Positions 39,107 through 49,418 of a stretch of 64,000 nt of DNA are shown piece after piece. Source of the DNA: an uncultured Gammaproteobacteria bacterium (GTDB lineage: Bacteria > Patescibacteriota > Patescibacteriia > UBA11705 > JABHMO01); NCBI GenBank assembly GCA_964565345.1, contig CAZMEQ010000002.1, forward strand, positions 7,133-71,132, given 5' to 3'. Each line of letters opens with the position of its first letter. Position 1 is the first letter of the stretch. The notes under the pieces are model-generated. The model was not told the origin of the DNA. It saw only the letters and a list, made by a program, of their open reading frames with translations, and ran no database searches. A program made the translations under genes and the position numbers.

Positions 39107-40375
39107 ATGCAACTCACAAAATATCGAGCTTTTTTAACTGCTCTAAATTATTTAGAATCATTGGGAAATTTAAAAGAAAAAGACTTTTTTGCTGGTCACA
39201 AAGATCCACGACCGCAGTTTAAACGCATGCAACACTTATTAAAATTAGCTGGACACCCGGATCAAAAATTAAAAATAATTCACATCACCGGAACTAGTGG
39301 CAAGGGCAGCACTGCCAACCATATATATAATATTTTGCAAAAAGCAGGTTATAAGGTTGGCGCATATTTTTCGCCCCATGTTTCTGTCCCCACAGAAAAA
39401 ATTCAAATCAACAATAAGTTTATTTCAACGGATGAATTTTGTTCCTTGGTCGAAAAAATGAAACCAATTATCGAACGCTGTTATAAAACCTTGGACACCC
39501 CAAGCCATTTTGAAGTTTGGTTTCTTTTATCACTTCTTTATTTCAAAGAACAAAAGTGCGACTATGTTGTACTTGAAGTTGGCTGCGGAGGCCGACATGA
39601 CGCTACTAATGCTGTACAAAAAACTATTCTTTCTACCATAACAAATATTGGTCTAGATCATACCCACATTTTGGGAAATACCTACGAAGAAATAGCGTAC
39701 GAAAAAGCAGGCATTATTCGTCCCAAGGGAGTTGTGTTTACGGCAACTGAAAGACCCAGCGCGCTGAAAGTAATTCAAGATGAAGCTGATAAGAAAAAAG
39801 CTGACTTAACCATTCTGCAAAACCAGAATGATCCCAATGCCGCCTTAGCCATAGCCATGGCCGAACATTTAAATGTTTCAGAGAAGCATATTACGCAAGG
39901 CCTCAAACAAAAAAAACTTCCAGCCCGTTTTGAAGTTGTCCAAAAAAAACCTTTTGTCATTCTAGACGGTGCGCACAACATTGATAAGATGAACTTTTTT
40001 ATTAACAAGTTAAATCAATTTAAAAGAGAACAAGCCCCTAAAGCTAAAATAATCGCCATTTGCGCTTTAACCAGTCAAAAAGATAGCCGAGCCATACTCG
40101 GACCCCTCTTTAAATCGGTCGATAAAATTTTATTAACTCGTTTTACCACAACCTTCCGCAAAGTCACTCCTCCCTTAGAAATAAAAAAACATTGTCCCAA
40201 AAAGAAACTCGGGGCCCTGTATCTAAACCCCGAGGCGGCATTAAAGCAAGCTCTTAAAATCGCCAAGCCAGAAGACATTATTATTATAACGGGCTCCTTC
40301 TTTTTGTGTGGTGATTTACGCGGTTACTGGCACGATGAAGTTGAACAACTCGAAAAAAGAACAAACTTTGTTTAA
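39107..40375 (+). CDS. folC: Mur-ligase-family protein (folylpolyglutamate synthase / FolC-like)
   Basis: IIHITGTSGKGST P-loop typical of Mur ligases/FolC. DHTHILGNTYEEIAYEKAGI. ILDGAHN. Confidence 0.65.
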   Translation: MQLTKYRAFLTALNYLESLGNLKEKDFFAGHKDPRPQFKRMQHLLKLAGHPDQKLKIIHITGTSGKGSTANHIYNILQKAGYKVGAYFSPHVSVPTEKIQINNKFISTDEFCSLVEKMKPIIERCYKTLDTPSHFEVWFLLSLLYFKEQKCDYVVLEVGCGGRHDATNAVQKTILSTITNIGLDHTHILGNTYEEIAYEKAGIIRPKGVVFTATERPSALKVIQDEADKKKADLTILQNQNDPNAALAIAMAEHLNVSEKHITQGLKQKKLPARFEVVQKKPFVILDGAHNIDKMNFFINKLNQFKREQAPKAKIIAICALTSQKDSRAILGPLFKSVDKILLTRFTTTFRKVTPPLEIKKHCPKKKLGALYLNPEAALKQALKIAKPEDIIIITGSFFLCGDLRGYWHDEVEQLEKRTNFV

Positions 40376-40457
40376 TAAAAAATTATTGATTAAAATAAAA
40401 TAAAAATTTGACAAAAAAAATGTCGTCTGGCATATTAAGTCAGAAATCAATATCTTT

Positions 40458-42662
40458 ATGAAGCATCTTGTTATTGTAGAAAGTCCTACTAAGGCAAAAA
40501 CTATTTCTAAATTTTTAAGCCGCGACTATAAGGTCGAGTCTTCTTTTGGCCATGTTAGCGACTTGCCTACATCTAAACTTGGCGTTGACGTAGAAGACAA
40601 TTTTAAGCCAAGCTATGTCATCCCAGTCAAAGCGAAAAAGCAAGTTACCAAGCTAAAAGAGCTCGCTAGTAAAGCAGATGAAATTATTTTGGCTACCGAC
40701 CAAGACCGTGAAGGTGAGGCCATTGCTTGGCACTTAAAAAACATTTTAAAACCAACTAAATATACCCGCATTGCTTTTCATGAAATTACCAAAAAAGCGA
40801 TTGAAGAAGCCCTCGCTAAACCCATGGATTTAAACCTCAATTTGGTCGATGCTCAGCAAGCACGCCGTGTGCTAGACCGTTTAGTGGGCTATCAACTTTC
40901 GCCGTTCTTATGGAAAAAAGTGGCTCGCGGATTATCAGCTGGGCGCGTTCAAAGCGTAGCTGTCCGTTTGGTTGTCGAAAAAGAACGCGAACGTGACGCA
41001 TTTAAACAAACTGAGTATTGGACTATTGCTGGTGTTTTCTTTAAAGAAGAATCTAACAAGTTTCCAGCAACTCTTTTTGCTATAAAGGGTAAATCACTCG
41101 GGAAGCTCGGTCTAAAAAATCAAGAACAAAGTGAGAACATATTAAAAGAATTAACTGATGCTAATTTTTATATTGCTAAAATCACAAAAAAAACTAGTCA
41201 AAAAAAACCGCCAGTCCCGTTTACGACTTCAACCTTACAACAAGCAGCTAATAATCAACTAAATTTTTCGGCCAAACAAACCATGAAGTTAGCTCAAGAA
41301 TTATATGAAGGTATTAAGGTTGATCAAGAATCTGTCGGTCTTATCACCTACATGAGAACTGACTCTTTAAATTTATCCGACTCCTATTTAAACCCAGCCA
41401 GAGAATTCATCACCAAACAATTTGGTTCAGAATATTTACCCAGCAAAGCAGTCCGCTATAAAACTAATAGCAAGGGGGCGCAAGAAGCACACGAGGCAAT
41501 CAGACCAACCGATGTTTTTAAAACGCCTGAGTTAGTCAAGCCTTATTTAGAAGCAAATCAATACAAACTTTATAAATTAATCTGGGAACGCACTTTAGCC
41601 ACACAAATGACACCCGCTGTAATTGATGCCACAGCGCTAGATATAAATGATAACAACAACGTATATACTTTTCGAACCACTGGACAAACCATTAACTTCC
41701 CCGGCTTTTTGAAGGTTTATCCTACAGGCACTAAAGAAACAATTTTACCCACCTTAGTAGAAAAGGATTCTGTTAAGGCTGAAAATCTAAAACCCGAACA
41801 ACACTTTACTCAACCACCGGCCCGCTACACCGAAGCTTCGCTAGTTAAAGTTTTAGAGGAATATGGTATTGGTCGACCTTCAACTTATGCCCCAACCATC
41901 GCGACTATAATTGAACGTGGTTATGTTGAAAAAGAAGCCAAAGCCTTAAAACCTACAGAGATAGGCTGTTTGGTAAACGATATTTTAGTCGAACATTTTA
42001 AAGACATAGTTGATTATGACTTTACAGCCGAAATGGAAAATCAATTTGACCAAATCGAAGCAGGAAAAAAAGAATGGCAACCTGTTATTGCTAGCTTTTA
42101 TGGACCTTTCAAAAAAAATCTAGATGAGAAAACAGCCGAATTAACTAAAAAAGGCTTAACCGAAGAAAAAACTTCTGAAATTTGCGACAAATGTGGCTCT
42201 CCAATGGTAATTAAAGTAAGTCGTCATGGTAAATTCTTGGCTTGTACTAAATACCCTGAATGCAAAAACACTAAATCCATTGATGATAATGGTAAAATTG
42301 AAGCTAAAGCTCCAGAAAAAGTATTAGAGGAAAAATGCCCTGACTGTGGCTCCCCACTAGTAGAAAAAACCGGACGCTTTGGTCCTTTTGTTGGTTGCTC
42401 TAATTATCCCAAATGCAAATATATCAAGAAGAAAGACTATGGCACTGGCGTGCATTGTCCCCAATGCGAAACCGGAGAAATAGTCAGTAAGCGCGCTCGT
42501 GGAGGAAAAATATTTTTTGCTTGCAATAAATACCCTGACTGTAAATTCACTTTATGGAGCAAACCAACGGGCGAAAAATGTCCAAACTGCCAATCTCTTA
42601 TGGTCTATGCGGCCGAAGGTAAAACCGTTTGCAGTAATAAAGAGTGTTCCGCGAATAAATAA
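40458..42662 (+). CDS. topA: DNA topoisomerase I with C-terminal zinc ribbons
   Basis: MKHLVIVESPTKAKTISKFL TOPRIM start. Active-site Tyr region. Several C-terminal CxxC...CxxC ribbons (CDKCGSPM, CPDCGSPL, CPQCETGE, CPNCQS). Confidence 0.9.
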   Translation: MKHLVIVESPTKAKTISKFLSRDYKVESSFGHVSDLPTSKLGVDVEDNFKPSYVIPVKAKKQVTKLKELASKADEIILATDQDREGEAIAWHLKNILKPTKYTRIAFHEITKKAIEEALAKPMDLNLNLVDAQQARRVLDRLVGYQLSPFLWKKVARGLSAGRVQSVAVRLVVEKERERDAFKQTEYWTIAGVFFKEESNKFPATLFAIKGKSLGKLGLKNQEQSENILKELTDANFYIAKITKKTSQKKPPVPFTTSTLQQAANNQLNFSAKQTMKLAQELYEGIKVDQESVGLITYMRTDSLNLSDSYLNPAREFITKQFGSEYLPSKAVRYKTNSKGAQEAHEAIRPTDVFKTPELVKPYLEANQYKLYKLIWERTLATQMTPAVIDATALDINDNNNVYTFRTTGQTINFPGFLKVYPTGTKETILPTLVEKDSVKAENLKPEQHFTQPPARYTEASLVKVLEEYGIGRPSTYAPTIATIIERGYVEKEAKALKPTEIGCLVNDILVEHFKDIVDYDFTAEMENQFDQIEAGKKEWQPVIASFYGPFKKNLDEKTAELTKKGLTEEKTSEICDKCGSPMVIKVSRHGKFLACTKYPECKNTKSIDDNGKIEAKAPEKVLEEKCPDCGSPLVEKTGRFGPFVGCSNYPKCKYIKKKDYGTGVHCPQCETGEIVSKRARGGKIFFACNKYPDCKFTLWSKPTGEKCPNCQSLMVYAAEGKTVCSNKECSANK

Positions 42663-42664
42663 AA

Positions 42665-42694
42665 AAAAGCCCCGAAAAAATCGGGACTTTTTTA
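42665..42694 (+). terminator. Intrinsic terminator after topA
   Basis: aaaaaaaagccccgaaaaaatcgggactttttt. Confidence 0.6.
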
Positions 42695-43016
42695 GTGTAG
42701 GGATCTGGATAGAAACCCCAATAACATTGTTGATGATAGGGTAATCACAGATACCCTACAGCGACAGTATAGCGAAATATTTTCAATAAAACAACAAAGC
42801 CGCCTTGCCATACTTCGAGAGCCTCAGTACGACAAAGCAGCTTATTCATAATAATCTTTAAATAAAACGAAAACTCCTAGACCATAGAGCCCAGGAGTTT
42901 TCAATTGAAGTTTCACCTATCATCAACAACATCAGTATAGCAAATTTTTCTCTTGCTGTCAATAGAAAGCCAAAAATAACTTGCATTTTAGAGCGATTGT
43001 GGTTAAATACAATTAT

Positions 43017-44657
43017 ATGACCTATGCGAAAATTAGCGAAATAATTACCCAAAAACAACCAGAATCAACTTTTATTTTTCTAGAAAAAACATACGCTTTA
43101 TTAAAAGACGGCACCAAAGAGCTGTCTTTTATAGAACGAAATAGAGTCTATAATGCAGCTATCAATAGAGCTTACGAAGCCGCGCTCCAGGGCGCTAGAA
43201 CAGAATTTGTTTGTGCGACCATGCTTTTTGATTTAGCAGAAAAAACACCAAACTTTACTACCAAAATACTCCAAACCGTAAACGATAACGTCGCTAATTT
43301 TACTTATTGCTACATACTAGCCAAGCAACGCTTAACCGAAGTCTCCCAACTCGATCATAGCTATCGGACAGCCTTGAGACTAGCCACAATTAAAATAAAT
43401 TTCCCGGCCATTTGCGCGGCCATGCTCCACGAACTTCCAATTCATTCTGATACAAAAGTAGAAGAATTGGCTAAACTTTTTGGCGAGGAAGTTGGAACTC
43501 TTGTAACCAAATTTTTAAATATCCGTGTTATCAAGACTGCCAATAGTAGTCAGTATATTGCACACTTACGCGAGATGGTCGTAGCTATGGCGCAGGACCT
43601 ACGTGTGATAATTATAAAAATGTGTTCAAACATTGATCGCATGGAAAGCTATGGCGTAAACTATACCGCCGAAAAACTTCATGCTGTGGCGACTGAATCG
43701 ATGGAAATTTTAGCCCCATTGGCAAATGTTTTAGGTATCTGGGAGTTGCGTTGGAGGCTTGAGGATTTATCCTTCAAGATTTTACAGCCCGAAGAATACA
43801 AAAAAATTAACCAGCGTTTTAATCCAGACGAGCAAAAAAATAGACAAAGGCACATTCAAAAAATGATAACCCTAATTGAAAAAGAAGCTAAAGCCAAAAA
43901 CATCAAATGCCAAGTCGAAGGACGCTTTAAACACTACTACAGTATCTACCAAAAAATGAAGAACAAGAAAAAAGCCTTCAGCGAAATTTGTGATGTTTTT
44001 GCTTTACGCATTATTGTCTCTGAAATCGACGACTGTTATAGAATGCTCGGCCTTATTCATCAAAACTGGCGACCAAAAAAACGACGCATAAAAGATTATA
44101 TTGCGGCGCCTAAAAGCAATAATTATCGCAGTCTGCACACAACTGTTTTTGGCGTTAATGGGAGACCCACCGAATTTCAAATAAGGACCAAAGAAATGGA
44201 TGACCTAGCGAATTTTGGTATTGCGGCTCACTGGTTTTACAAAAATCCTAAAACAAAAACACCAAACTGGATGCAAGAACTGCTTATTCAACAACAAAGT
44301 TTTAAAGACGATGAAGAATTTTTAGCCGCTTTTTCATCCAGAATTCTCCAAGACCGCATTTATGTTTATACACCAAAGGGAGACGTTATTGCCTTGCCCG
44401 CGAAATCAACACCGGTTGATTTCGCCTATGCCATACACTCAGAAGTAGGCAATAAATGCTCTGGAGCCACTATTAATGATGTGGCGGCGCCTCTTAATGC
44501 CCAACTTTCCACCAACGATGTAGTCGAAATAACTCTGAATCGCGATCAAGCAGGGCCAAAACCTGAATGGTTAAATTTTGTGCAATCAAATAATGCCAAA
44601 AAACACATTCAGGAATATTTGGACAAGTTCCCAGTAGAACGTTCCTTTAGACTTTGA
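43017..44657 (+). CDS. RelA/SpoT-homolog paralog 1. Degenerate HD hydrolase motif, intact (p)ppGpp synthetase and TGS domains, no ACT domain.
   Basis: HD region reads AAMLHELPIHSD (His-Glu instead of His-Asp). Synthetase RIIVSEIDDCYRMLGLIHQNWRP...YRSLHTTVFG...IRTKEMD...GIAAHWFYK. TGS YVYTPKGDVIALPAKSTPVDFAYAIH. The ORF track starts at 42981, but MTYAKISEI is the likelier start. Confidence 0.7.
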   Translation: MTYAKISEIITQKQPESTFIFLEKTYALLKDGTKELSFIERNRVYNAAINRAYEAALQGARTEFVCATMLFDLAEKTPNFTTKILQTVNDNVANFTYCYILAKQRLTEVSQLDHSYRTALRLATIKINFPAICAAMLHELPIHSDTKVEELAKLFGEEVGTLVTKFLNIRVIKTANSSQYIAHLREMVVAMAQDLRVIIIKMCSNIDRMESYGVNYTAEKLHAVATESMEILAPLANVLGIWELRWRLEDLSFKILQPEEYKKINQRFNPDEQKNRQRHIQKMITLIEKEAKAKNIKCQVEGRFKHYYSIYQKMKNKKKAFSEICDVFALRIIVSEIDDCYRMLGLIHQNWRPKKRRIKDYIAAPKSNNYRSLHTTVFGVNGRPTEFQIRTKEMDDLANFGIAAHWFYKNPKTKTPNWMQELLIQQQSFKDDEEFLAAFSSRILQDRIYVYTPKGDVIALPAKSTPVDFAYAIHSEVGNKCSGATINDVAAPLNAQLSTNDVVEITLNRDQAGPKPEWLNFVQSNNAKKHIQEYLDKFPVERSFRL

Positions 44658-44682
44658 TATAATAACAATATCACTTCCCAAA

Positions 44683-46134
44683 ATGATTAGCTTACGACAC
44701 TTAATTGATGAAATTCAAAAAAACGATTCCACTGCCGATACTTCATTGGTGGAGCGTGCTTATAATTTTGCCGAAGAAGCACATCGCGGCCAAAAAAGAG
44801 CTAGCGGAGAAGATTATATTCAACACTCTTTGTTAACAGCAAAAACTTTAGCTGAGCTAAAACTACCCATTCCCATTATTATTGCAGGTTTATTGCATGA
44901 TGTGCCCGAAGACACCACCAAAACTTTAGATGAAATAAGAAAAATTTTCGGCTCTGATATTGCCAAAATGGTTGAAGGCATTACCAAACTCGGAAAAATC
45001 AAGTATCGTGGTATGGATCGCTACATAGAAAATTTGCGTAAAATGTTTGTGGCCATGGCTCAAGATATTCGTGTCATTTTGATAAAATTTGCCGACCGCT
45101 TGCACAACCTTAAAACACTTTATGCCCTACCCGAACCAAAACAAAAGCGAATAGCCCTAGAAACTTTAGAAATATATTCTCCAATAGCCAATCGACTGGG
45201 AATTGGAGAACTTCAAGCCCAACTAGAAGATGCTGCATTTAAATATGCTTATCCAGAGGATTTTATAAACATCGAACAAGTCATCAAAAAAAATTACCCC
45301 CTCAAAAAGAAGACTCTTAACAGCATGATCCGGAAAATTAAAAACCGACTAGAACAAGACAACGTTAAATATTCCGACGTATATGGGAGAACAAAACATT
45401 ACTATAGTTACTACCGTAAATATTTAAAATACAATGCGGATCCCAAACAAATATATGACTTAGTGGCTATTCGCGTGATTGTTGAAAATGTCGCTGACTG
45501 CTACACTGTATTGGGAGCCGTGCACAATATTTGGCGGCCTATACGAGGGAGGATTAAAGACTATATTGCTCAACCAAAACCAAACGGCTACCAATCTTTA
45601 CACACTGCTGTTTTTGGCGATGAACAAGAAATTGTCGAAATACAAATTAGAACTAAAGAAATGCACGAGCAAGCGGAGTATGGTATTGCCGCACATTGGA
45701 ATTATAAAGAAGGCAAAAAAAGCCAACAGGAATTGGCCTGGGTTCAGGATTTGGCCAATTGGCTAAAAAACATAAACGACAATGATAAATTTTTAGAAGG
45801 AGCCAAAATTGATGTTTTTCAAAATAGAATTTTTGTTTTTACACCCCAGGGCGATGTCATTGATTTGCCCGACGGAGCCACCCCGGTAGATTTTGCCTAC
45901 CACATTCATACCGACATTGGCGATAAATGTTCCCAGGCGCGTATTAATAATGAAATAGTCTCTTTAAACTATAGGATTCGAAACGGTGATGTAGTCCAAA
46001 TAATCACAGATAAAAATCGTAAAGGTCCCAACCCCGATTGGCTGAGCTTTGTAAAAACCAGAACAGCCAGGCAACACATAGAAAACTACAAAAATAAAAG
46101 TTGGAAATCTTTTTTACCAATATTTTCAAAATAA
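44683..46134 (+). CDS. rel: RelA/SpoT-homolog paralog 2, bifunctional-type with intact HD. It has HD hydrolase, synthetase and TGS domains and no ACT domain.
   Basis: HRGQKRASGEDYIQHSL...GLLHDVPEDT (HD motif). VAIRVIVENVADCYTVLGAVHNIWRP...YQSLHTAVFG...IRTKEMHEQAEYGIAAHWNYK. TGS VFTPQGDVIDLPDGATPVDFAYHIH. Confidence 0.8.
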   Translation: MISLRHLIDEIQKNDSTADTSLVERAYNFAEEAHRGQKRASGEDYIQHSLLTAKTLAELKLPIPIIIAGLLHDVPEDTTKTLDEIRKIFGSDIAKMVEGITKLGKIKYRGMDRYIENLRKMFVAMAQDIRVILIKFADRLHNLKTLYALPEPKQKRIALETLEIYSPIANRLGIGELQAQLEDAAFKYAYPEDFINIEQVIKKNYPLKKKTLNSMIRKIKNRLEQDNVKYSDVYGRTKHYYSYYRKYLKYNADPKQIYDLVAIRVIVENVADCYTVLGAVHNIWRPIRGRIKDYIAQPKPNGYQSLHTAVFGDEQEIVEIQIRTKEMHEQAEYGIAAHWNYKEGKKSQQELAWVQDLANWLKNINDNDKFLEGAKIDVFQNRIFVFTPQGDVIDLPDGATPVDFAYHIHTDIGDKCSQARINNEIVSLNYRIRNGDVVQIITDKNRKGPNPDWLSFVKTRTARQHIENYKNKSWKSFLPIFSK

Positions 46135-46138
46135 AATT

Positions 46139-48254
46139 TATGAAACACAAAGGTTTATTAATGCCACTGCTTTTAACGTTTGTTCTGTCTTTATTTTTTG
46201 TCCTGACAGGCAATGTCCAGGACACTTTTGCCACAGATAATAAATACTGGGCCACAACTTACTACCAGGCAACCATAACAAACAGCCAGGGGAACAGCAT
46301 GATCATATGCTGTGTTGGTAATTACATGGCCTGTCTAAATTCAAAAGCAACACAACAACCCTGCCCAGATGCTTCAGGTGGCAAGTGTGACACATTCTCA
46401 GAATTAGAAACATTCAACCCCGCTGCCGCCATAGTTGTTAGAAACCAATGTTACCAGGAATCATATTGTTTCCAAAAATTAGACAACCCCGGCTGGGATG
46501 GGCAAGATGAATGCAAACTTTCTGCTCCAGATAATTGCACCTCCAACTCACAATGTTCATCGACTGAATATTGCGACCTAACATCACAACCCAAAGCCTG
46601 TTTCCCCAAAAAAGCTAACGGTAAAATGTGTACCAATGATGATGAATGTTTATACAAAAATTGCCAAAAGCCAACAGCTGGGGGAGTTGGAACTGGTTTT
46701 TGCAATAGTCCTGAATGTAAAACCTGGACCTATTCAGCTTGGTCCCCCTGTGTCGCAGGCGAACAAGCCAGAACCAAGTCAAACCCAATGCCTTTGGGGT
46801 GTACTGGTGGCACCTCGGAACCGCTCATAAGAGCTTGTGGGCCTGGCACAACTTGCACCTGGACCTACTCACCTTGGTCGCCCGCCACTTGCACTGCCGG
46901 GCAAAAACAAAATCGCACAAAATTTAACCCACAACCAGATGGTTGTGACCAAATAAACAGTCCTGCTGAACCCTTACAACAAGATTGTCTTGTAATACCA
47001 AATTGCAATACCTTCGAATACAGTGAATGGGGCGCCTGTGTAGATGGACAAAAAACACGTACGATTAACGAAGCTTCAAAACAACCCACTGGATGTAATG
47101 TTGTAAATCCAACTCTGACCCAAGCCTGCGGGGCTGGTATAGTCGATTGTACTCCAGAATCTTTTACCTACTCAGCCTGGAGTTCCTGTGTAGCTGGTAA
47201 AAAAACTAGAACACTCGTGTCCCGTAATCCCGCTAACTGCGTCGGCGATCCACCCGGTCCCTTTCAACAAACATGCACTCTAACTTGTACTGCCTGGACC
47301 TATTCACCATGGAGCGAATGTGGCAAAGCACCTGCTGGAATAACCGCTGAACCCAATAAACAAAAGCGAACAATTTTAACTTCTACTCCGCAAGGTTGCA
47401 CGGGTGGAGCATCTGGACCTCTAGAAAAAGGCTGTGCATCAGCCCCGGCCGCGACCTCTTGTACCCCAAATCCATGTCCCAAAGGACAATATTGTAACGG
47501 GACTGCTTGTGTTGCTGGTGTTCCAAAGGGTCAAGCCTGTGCTGGAGACTTTCAATGCGCTGCCGGTTTTTGCTACAATAGCGTTTGTAGCGATGCCCTC
47601 TCTGATGATTGCGCCGCACTAAGTGGCGATCCAACTGGTTGCGAAACACAACCCAACTGTATGATAGGAGAAGGTACAACTTGTGTGGCTCGAGCCACCT
47701 ATGGCATGGCTTGTACTGGCTCAGGACAAGGAAATTGTTCTGAGGGCGAGTGTATCCCATTCTTAGGGAAATCCGAATGTCGAAAAACTTGTACTAAACA
47801 CAGCGACTGTCCTGAAGGAAATTATTGTATGGATACTAATACTGCAAAGTTTTGTAAGGTTCGCGAAAAAGAAGGTGCTGTCTGTAACGCTGATGGAGAC
47901 GTTTGTATATCAGGTATTTGCGAATCAGGTAAATGTAAAGGCAACGCACCACCCACGGTTGATGCTAGCGGTGGAATCGTTAAAGCCCAATCAGAATTTG
48001 AGCTGCCTAATTTCTTACGAGTAGACGACCCGAATGTAGTAGTAGGTAGAATTATTAAATATATTATTGGCTTTGCCGGGACTATTGCGCTATTAACCTT
48101 TATGTATGGCGGTACTCTTTGGCTAATTTCCGCCGGCAGAACTGATTATGTGACTAAAGGGAAAAATTATATGATTTGGTCCGCCATTGGTCTGGCCATT
48201 GTCTTTGGATCATACGTTCTTGTCTCTCAGGTCCTGGCTTTATTCGGTCAATAA
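46139..48254 (+). CDS. Secreted Cys-rich protein with five thrombospondin-type-1-like repeats (W-x-Y-S-x-W-S-x-C ... RT) and a C-terminal pilin-like two-helix hydrophobic hairpin
   Basis: Signal peptide MKHKGLLMPLLLTFVLSLFFVLTG. Repeats KTWTYSAWSPCVAGEQARTKS, CTWTYSPWSPATCTAGQKQNRTK, NTFEYSEWGACVDGQKTRT, ESFTYSAWSSCVAGKKTRT and TAWTYSPWSECG. C-terminus VVGRIIKYIIGFAGTIALLTFMYGGTLWLISAGRTDYVTKGKNYMIWSAIGLAIVFGSYVLVS. The ORF track starts at 46101. Confidence 0.6.
46690..47420 (+). repeat. Five tandem TSP1-like WSxWS repeats (about 45 aa each) within the secreted protein
   Basis: Periodic W..YS.WS.C ... K/Q.RT motif in the translation. Confidence 0.55.
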
Positions 48255-48298
48255 AGTAAAATTTAGCTAAATTTAGGTCAACCTCACTGCCAACGGGG

Positions 48299-48326
48299 TT
48301 GACTTTTTTATATTTTGTGCTATAAT
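48299..48326 (+). promoter_or_regulatory. Consensus-like sigma70 promoter (TTGACT, 16-nt spacer, TATAAT) with SD AAGGAGG at 48372-48378, driving the GC-rich cassette 1
   Basis: ttgacttttttatattttgtgctataat read directly. AAGGAGG lies 5 nt before the ATG at 48384. Confidence 0.5.
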
Positions 48327-48383
48327 GTAAGGTCGTAAAAACGACAAAAAGTTCTCTACAACAACGCTCGCAAGGAGGTTCCC

Positions 48384-49418
48384 ATGTCTCTGACCCTCAT
48401 CGGTATCATCGGTCTGTCCGTGATCGCGATGGCCGCCCTGGTGACCATGGTGCTGAAGAAGTGCCTGGTCGTCACCGAGTCGCCCAACCTGACCGTCGTC
48501 GGCGACTGGGGGAAGTCGCCGACCGACATCCTCAACCCGCCCTGGGAATTGATCTTCTACCCCGTCACCCAGGTGATGGGGGTCATCACGACCGAGGTGC
48601 AGCGGTACAACATGCCGCAGTGTACCCTGTCGTGCAGAATGCCCGACCCCAACGGTGGGGCAGGCATCGGGAAGATCAACACGAAGGAGGTTTCGCTCTG
48701 CTACCATTTCTACTTCTGGACCAGCAGCGAAATCCGCCTCCACTCACCTGGCACATCACTTCCCGCCGGCTTCTCGAAACTGATGCAACTGCGTAAGTTC
48801 TTCCAGTTCGTGGGATTCCTGGCCGACGGCAAGGTCGACTTCCCCAGCATGGAAGAGGCCCTGAAGGACAGCCTGCAAGGAGCCTTCTCCCAGATCAGCC
48901 GCACGCTGGAACTGGAAGAGGCCATCAACTTCCCGCAGGACAAGCTGGATGAGATCGCGCACGCACTACAGCAGGAGTTCTGGACCGAGGGCCTGCCCGT
49001 CAAGGTGGTGTCGCTCCAGAGGAATGCCCCGTTCGAACCGGAAGGTGAACTGGGCAAGTCCATCGCCGCACGTGTGGCGGCACTGGCCGCACTACCCACC
49101 AAGGTGGCCGAGGCCGAGAATGCCCGCCGTCTGGCGGTCATCAACGCCAATACCGCCCGTGAGGTGGCTGGCATCGAAGTCGAGACGGCAAAGCTGCAGG
49201 GCGACAAAGAAGTCGTCCGCATCGGCAAGGTGCTCGAGGCTTACCGCCTCGTGGCCCTGCCGCCCGAAGAGCAGGTGCGGCAACTCATGAACCTGGAACA
49301 GCTCCAGGTCTATCGCGAGATGGCCGCAAGCTCGAGTGCCAAAATCATGCTGGTGCCGACCGATGTTCTGTCCGGAATCGGCCGCGCGCTCAGCGCTTTC
49401 ACCGGAGGTCATCCATGA
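48384..49418 (+). CDS. SPFH/band-7 (stomatin/HflC/QmcA-like) membrane protein, GC-rich foreign-looking gene
   Basis: N-terminal TM. EAENARRLAVINANTAREVAGIEVETAKLQGDKEV ... LEQLQVYREMAASSSAKIMLVPTD resembles the Glu/Ala-rich helix and SSS.K..MP ending of QmcA/HflC-type SPFH proteins. GC in nearly every third codon position. Confidence 0.65.
   Translation: MSLTLIGIIGLSVIAMAALVTMVLKKCLVVTESPNLTVVGDWGKSPTDILNPPWELIFYPVTQVMGVITTEVQRYNMPQCTLSCRMPDPNGGAGIGKINTKEVSLCYHFYFWTSSEIRLHSPGTSLPAGFSKLMQLRKFFQFVGFLADGKVDFPSMEEALKDSLQGAFSQISRTLELEEAINFPQDKLDEIAHALQQEFWTEGLPVKVVSLQRNAPFEPEGELGKSIAARVAALAALPTKVAEAENARRLAVINANTAREVAGIEVETAKLQGDKEVVRIGKVLEAYRLVALPPEEQVRQLMNLEQLQVYREMAASSSAKIMLVPTDVLSGIGRALSAFTGGHP

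Noticed and set aside
42858-43058. 66-aa minus-strand ORF in the topA-rel spacer
   Set aside because: It sits in the intergenic/promoter region overlapping the rel start and lacks signals.
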